A DNA stretch of 36,945 nt from Castellaniella sp. (GTDB lineage: Bacteria > Pseudomonadota > Gammaproteobacteria > Burkholderiales > Burkholderiaceae_B), in assembly GCA_027324645.1 (NCBI GenBank), contig DAHVSI010000238.1:1-36945 (forward strand), given 5' to 3'. The notes under the pieces are model-generated. The model worked only from the letters and a program-made list of their open reading frames with translations, was not told where the DNA came from and searched no databases. Positions 35,091 to 36,945 of the stretch are shown here, piece by piece. How positions within the stretch are numbered: position 1 is the first letter of the stretch; the number at the start of each line of letters is the position of its first letter. Both the position numbers and the translations under genes were made by a program.

Positions 35091-36945
35091 ATGTCCCTGT
35101 CCGGATTTCTGGTCCAGCTCGTTAACGGGCTGGCCGATGCCTCGTCGCTATTTCTTGTCGCTGTTGGTCTGTCCCTGATATTCGGTGTGACCCGCATCGT
35201 CAACTTTGCGCACGGGTCGCTGTACATGCTGGGCATCTATCTGGCCGTCAGCCTGGTCAACCTGTTGGGTGACAGCGTAGCGGGTTTCTGGACGGCCATC
35301 CTGCTGGCTGCGTTACTCGTGTCGCTGGCTGGGGTGGCCATAGAGTGGCTGCTGCTGCGCCGAATTTACCAGGCCCCCGAGCTGTTTCAGCTGCTGGCCA
35401 CGTTTGCGCTGGTGCTGATTATCGGTGACTTGGTCTTGTGGGGTTGGGGCCCCGAGGACTTGTTTGGGCCTCTGGCTCCGGGGTTGTCTGACTCGGTGCC
35501 CGTACTGGGACGCTACATACCGCAGTACGACCTGCTGTTGATCGTCCTTGGCCCAGTAGTGCTGGGGGTGCTGTGGTGGGCCGTATCGCGCACGCACTGG
35601 GGGGCGCTATTGCGTGCTGCCACTCAGGATCGGTCCATGCTGTCTGCCCTGGGTGTGAACCAGGCTTGGCTGTTTACCGCCGTGTTTGCGCTGGGGGCAT
35701 TTCTGGCCGGTCTGGGTGGGGCATTGCAGTTGCCGCGCCAGCCCGCCAACTTGCAAATGGACCTTAACGTCATTGCCGAAGCCTTCGTGGTTGTGGTGGT
35801 GGGCGGTATGGGTTCCATGCCCGGTGCTTACGTGGCGGCTTTGCTTATTGCCCAGATCAAGGCATTGTTTGTGGCGTTCGGTACAGTCAATTTCTGGGGT
35901 TGGCGAGTTGATTTTTCCAGCTTGACGCTGGGAGCCGAGTTTGCACTGATGGCAGTAGTGCTGATTTTCCGGCCCTGGGGCCTTTTTGGCCGACGGCCGT
36001 CCGAGGCCCGTACTGTTGGTGCACCCGAACAGCCACTGCGTCCGGCAGGTAAAGGGTTTATAGCAGTATTGATGCTGGCAATGGCTGTACTGCTGGCCCT
36101 GCCGGCACTGGCCAATACCCTGCCTTACGCTTCTGTGCTGGCCTCCGATGCGTTGTTGGCCATTTTGTTTGCCCTGAGCCTGCATTTCATGATGGGTCCG
36201 GGCGGCATGTATTCGTTTGGCCACGCTGCCTATTTTGGCCTTGGGGCTTATGGCGCAGCATTACTGTATAAACAGGCCGGCTGGAGCATGCTGCAGGCCA
36301 TGGCCGCCGGTCCGCTGGTAGCGGTTGCCGGCGCGATTGTCTTTGGCTGGTTTTGTGTGCGCCTGTCCGGTGTGTATCTGGCAATGCTCACCCTCGCGTT
36401 TGCCCAGATTGTGTGGTCGGTGGTGTATCAGTGGGATACGTTTACCGGTGGCTCCAACGGCCTGATTGGCATTTGGCCAAGTCAGGCCTTGTCGGGGCAG
36501 ACCTACTATTACTTCATGCTGGCAGTGGTGGTTGTGGGCGCCTGGCTGTTGCGGCGCATTGTATTTTCGCCGTTTGGGTATGCCATGCGTGCGGTGCGCG
36601 ATTCGCGCGACCGCGCCCAGGCGTTAGGAATAGGCGTTGTCCGGGTACAGTGGCTCACGTTTGTTATTGCCGGTTTGGCTGCAGGCGTGGCAGGCGCGCT
36701 GTTTGTTTTTGCCAAGGGCAGTACGTCGCCCGAGGTCCTGTCTATTTCTCGATCGGTAGACGGCCTGGTGATGGTTTTACTGGGCGGGATTGGTCACCTT
36801 GCCGGCCCCATTCTGGGCGCCGGGGTCTTCCAGGTCATGGACGATGTGTTCACAGGAATAACGGAATACTGGCGTGCCCTGTTTGGCGGCGTCATTATTC
36901 TGCTTGTTCTGGTGTTCCCCAATGGGCTGGCTGGGATCGGCCGGC
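35091..36945 (+). CDS. fused LivH-LivM type ABC permease (3' end outside window)
   Basis: I translated it codon by codon from the ATG at 35091 to the window edge and found no stop. The N-terminal half is LivH-like (MSLSGFLVQLVNGLADASSLFLVAVGLSLIFGV...LIFRPWGLFGRR). The C-terminal half is LivM-like (LFALSLHFMMGPGGMYSFGHAAYFGLGAYGA...). It is absent from the ORF track, presumably because it has no stop codon. Confidence 0.85.
   Translation, partial: MSLSGFLVQLVNGLADASSLFLVAVGLSLIFGVTRIVNFAHGSLYMLGIYLAVSLVNLLGDSVAGFWTAILLAALLVSLAGVAIEWLLLRRIYQAPELFQLLATFALVLIIGDLVLWGWGPEDLFGPLAPGLSDSVPVLGRYIPQYDLLLIVLGPVVLGVLWWAVSRTHWGALLRAATQDRSMLSALGVNQAWLFTAVFALGAFLAGLGGALQLPRQPANLQMDLNVIAEAFVVVVVGGMGSMPGAYVAALLIAQIKALFVAFGTVNFWGWRVDFSSLTLGAEFALMAVVLIFRPWGLFGRRPSEARTVGAPEQPLRPAGKGFIAVLMLAMAVLLALPALANTLPYASVLASDALLAILFALSLHFMMGPGGMYSFGHAAYFGLGAYGAALLYKQAGWSMLQAMAAGPLVAVAGAIVFGWFCVRLSGVYLAMLTLAFAQIVWSVVYQWDTFTGGSNGLIGIWPSQALSGQTYYYFMLAVVVVGAWLLRRIVFSPFGYAMRAVRDSRDRAQALGIGVVRVQWLTFVIAGLAAGVAGALFVFAKGSTSPEVLSISRSVDGLVMVLLGGIGHLAGPILGAGVFQVMDDVFTGITEYWRALFGGVIILLVLVFPNGLAGIGR

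Noticed and set aside
1-36945. A search by eye for CRISPR arrays, tRNA or rRNA genes, IS elements, integrases, phage genes, toxin-antitoxin pairs or known defence-system gene pairs (for example a UvrD-like helicase next to an OLD/TOPRIM nuclease).
   Set aside because: All intergenic gaps are under about 260 bp and lack repeat arrays or cloverleaf-like sequence. No transposase or integrase signatures were seen. The helicase and the UvrA-like ATPase have no adjacent nuclease or partner genes expected for Gabija, Hachiman or Septu-type systems.

Overview
GC-rich chromosomal segment whose gene content resembles Burkholderiales, possibly Alcaligenaceae (taxonomy is inference only). I call 33 protein-coding genes. 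I found no rRNA, tRNA, CRISPR array, transposase, integrase or recognisable transcription factor. Most of the window is solute uptake and central metabolism. Uptake systems: a BMP-family ABC importer (2-3616), a five-gene Liv-type ABC importer (14561-19099), a DctPQM TRAP transporter (28194-31087), and a second Liv-type binding protein followed by a fused LivH-LivM permease that runs off the 3' edge and is missing from the ORF track (33834-36945). Metabolism: a minus-strand operon of ThDP enzyme, glutaryl-CoA dehydrogenase and nitronate-monooxygenase-like protein flanked by a MaoC hydratase and an alpha/beta hydrolase (3610-8923), then ggt, pdxH-flavin reductase-purU, chaC, tcdA, ettA, an isochorismatase-family gene and a glycine-zipper lipoprotein. 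The most unusual locus is a single 1904-codon ORF (19073-24787, minus) encoding two complete UvrA units in tandem, with four Walker A motifs and six zinc modules. The second unit has lost the insertion domain. Next to it lie an unannotated 42-codon minigene for a very basic peptide, with its own promoter-like element, SD and intrinsic terminator, and a convergent, very acidic 140-aa orphan. Other items: an N-terminally short helicase IV-like SF1 helicase with an Arg-rich, Lys-free central segment, a perfect 9-bp inverted repeat upstream of dctP, and GC-rich intercistronic hairpins after two binding-protein genes. I see no strong evidence for a multi-gene defence or mobile system. All functional assignments come from motif and family recognition by eye and need database confirmation.
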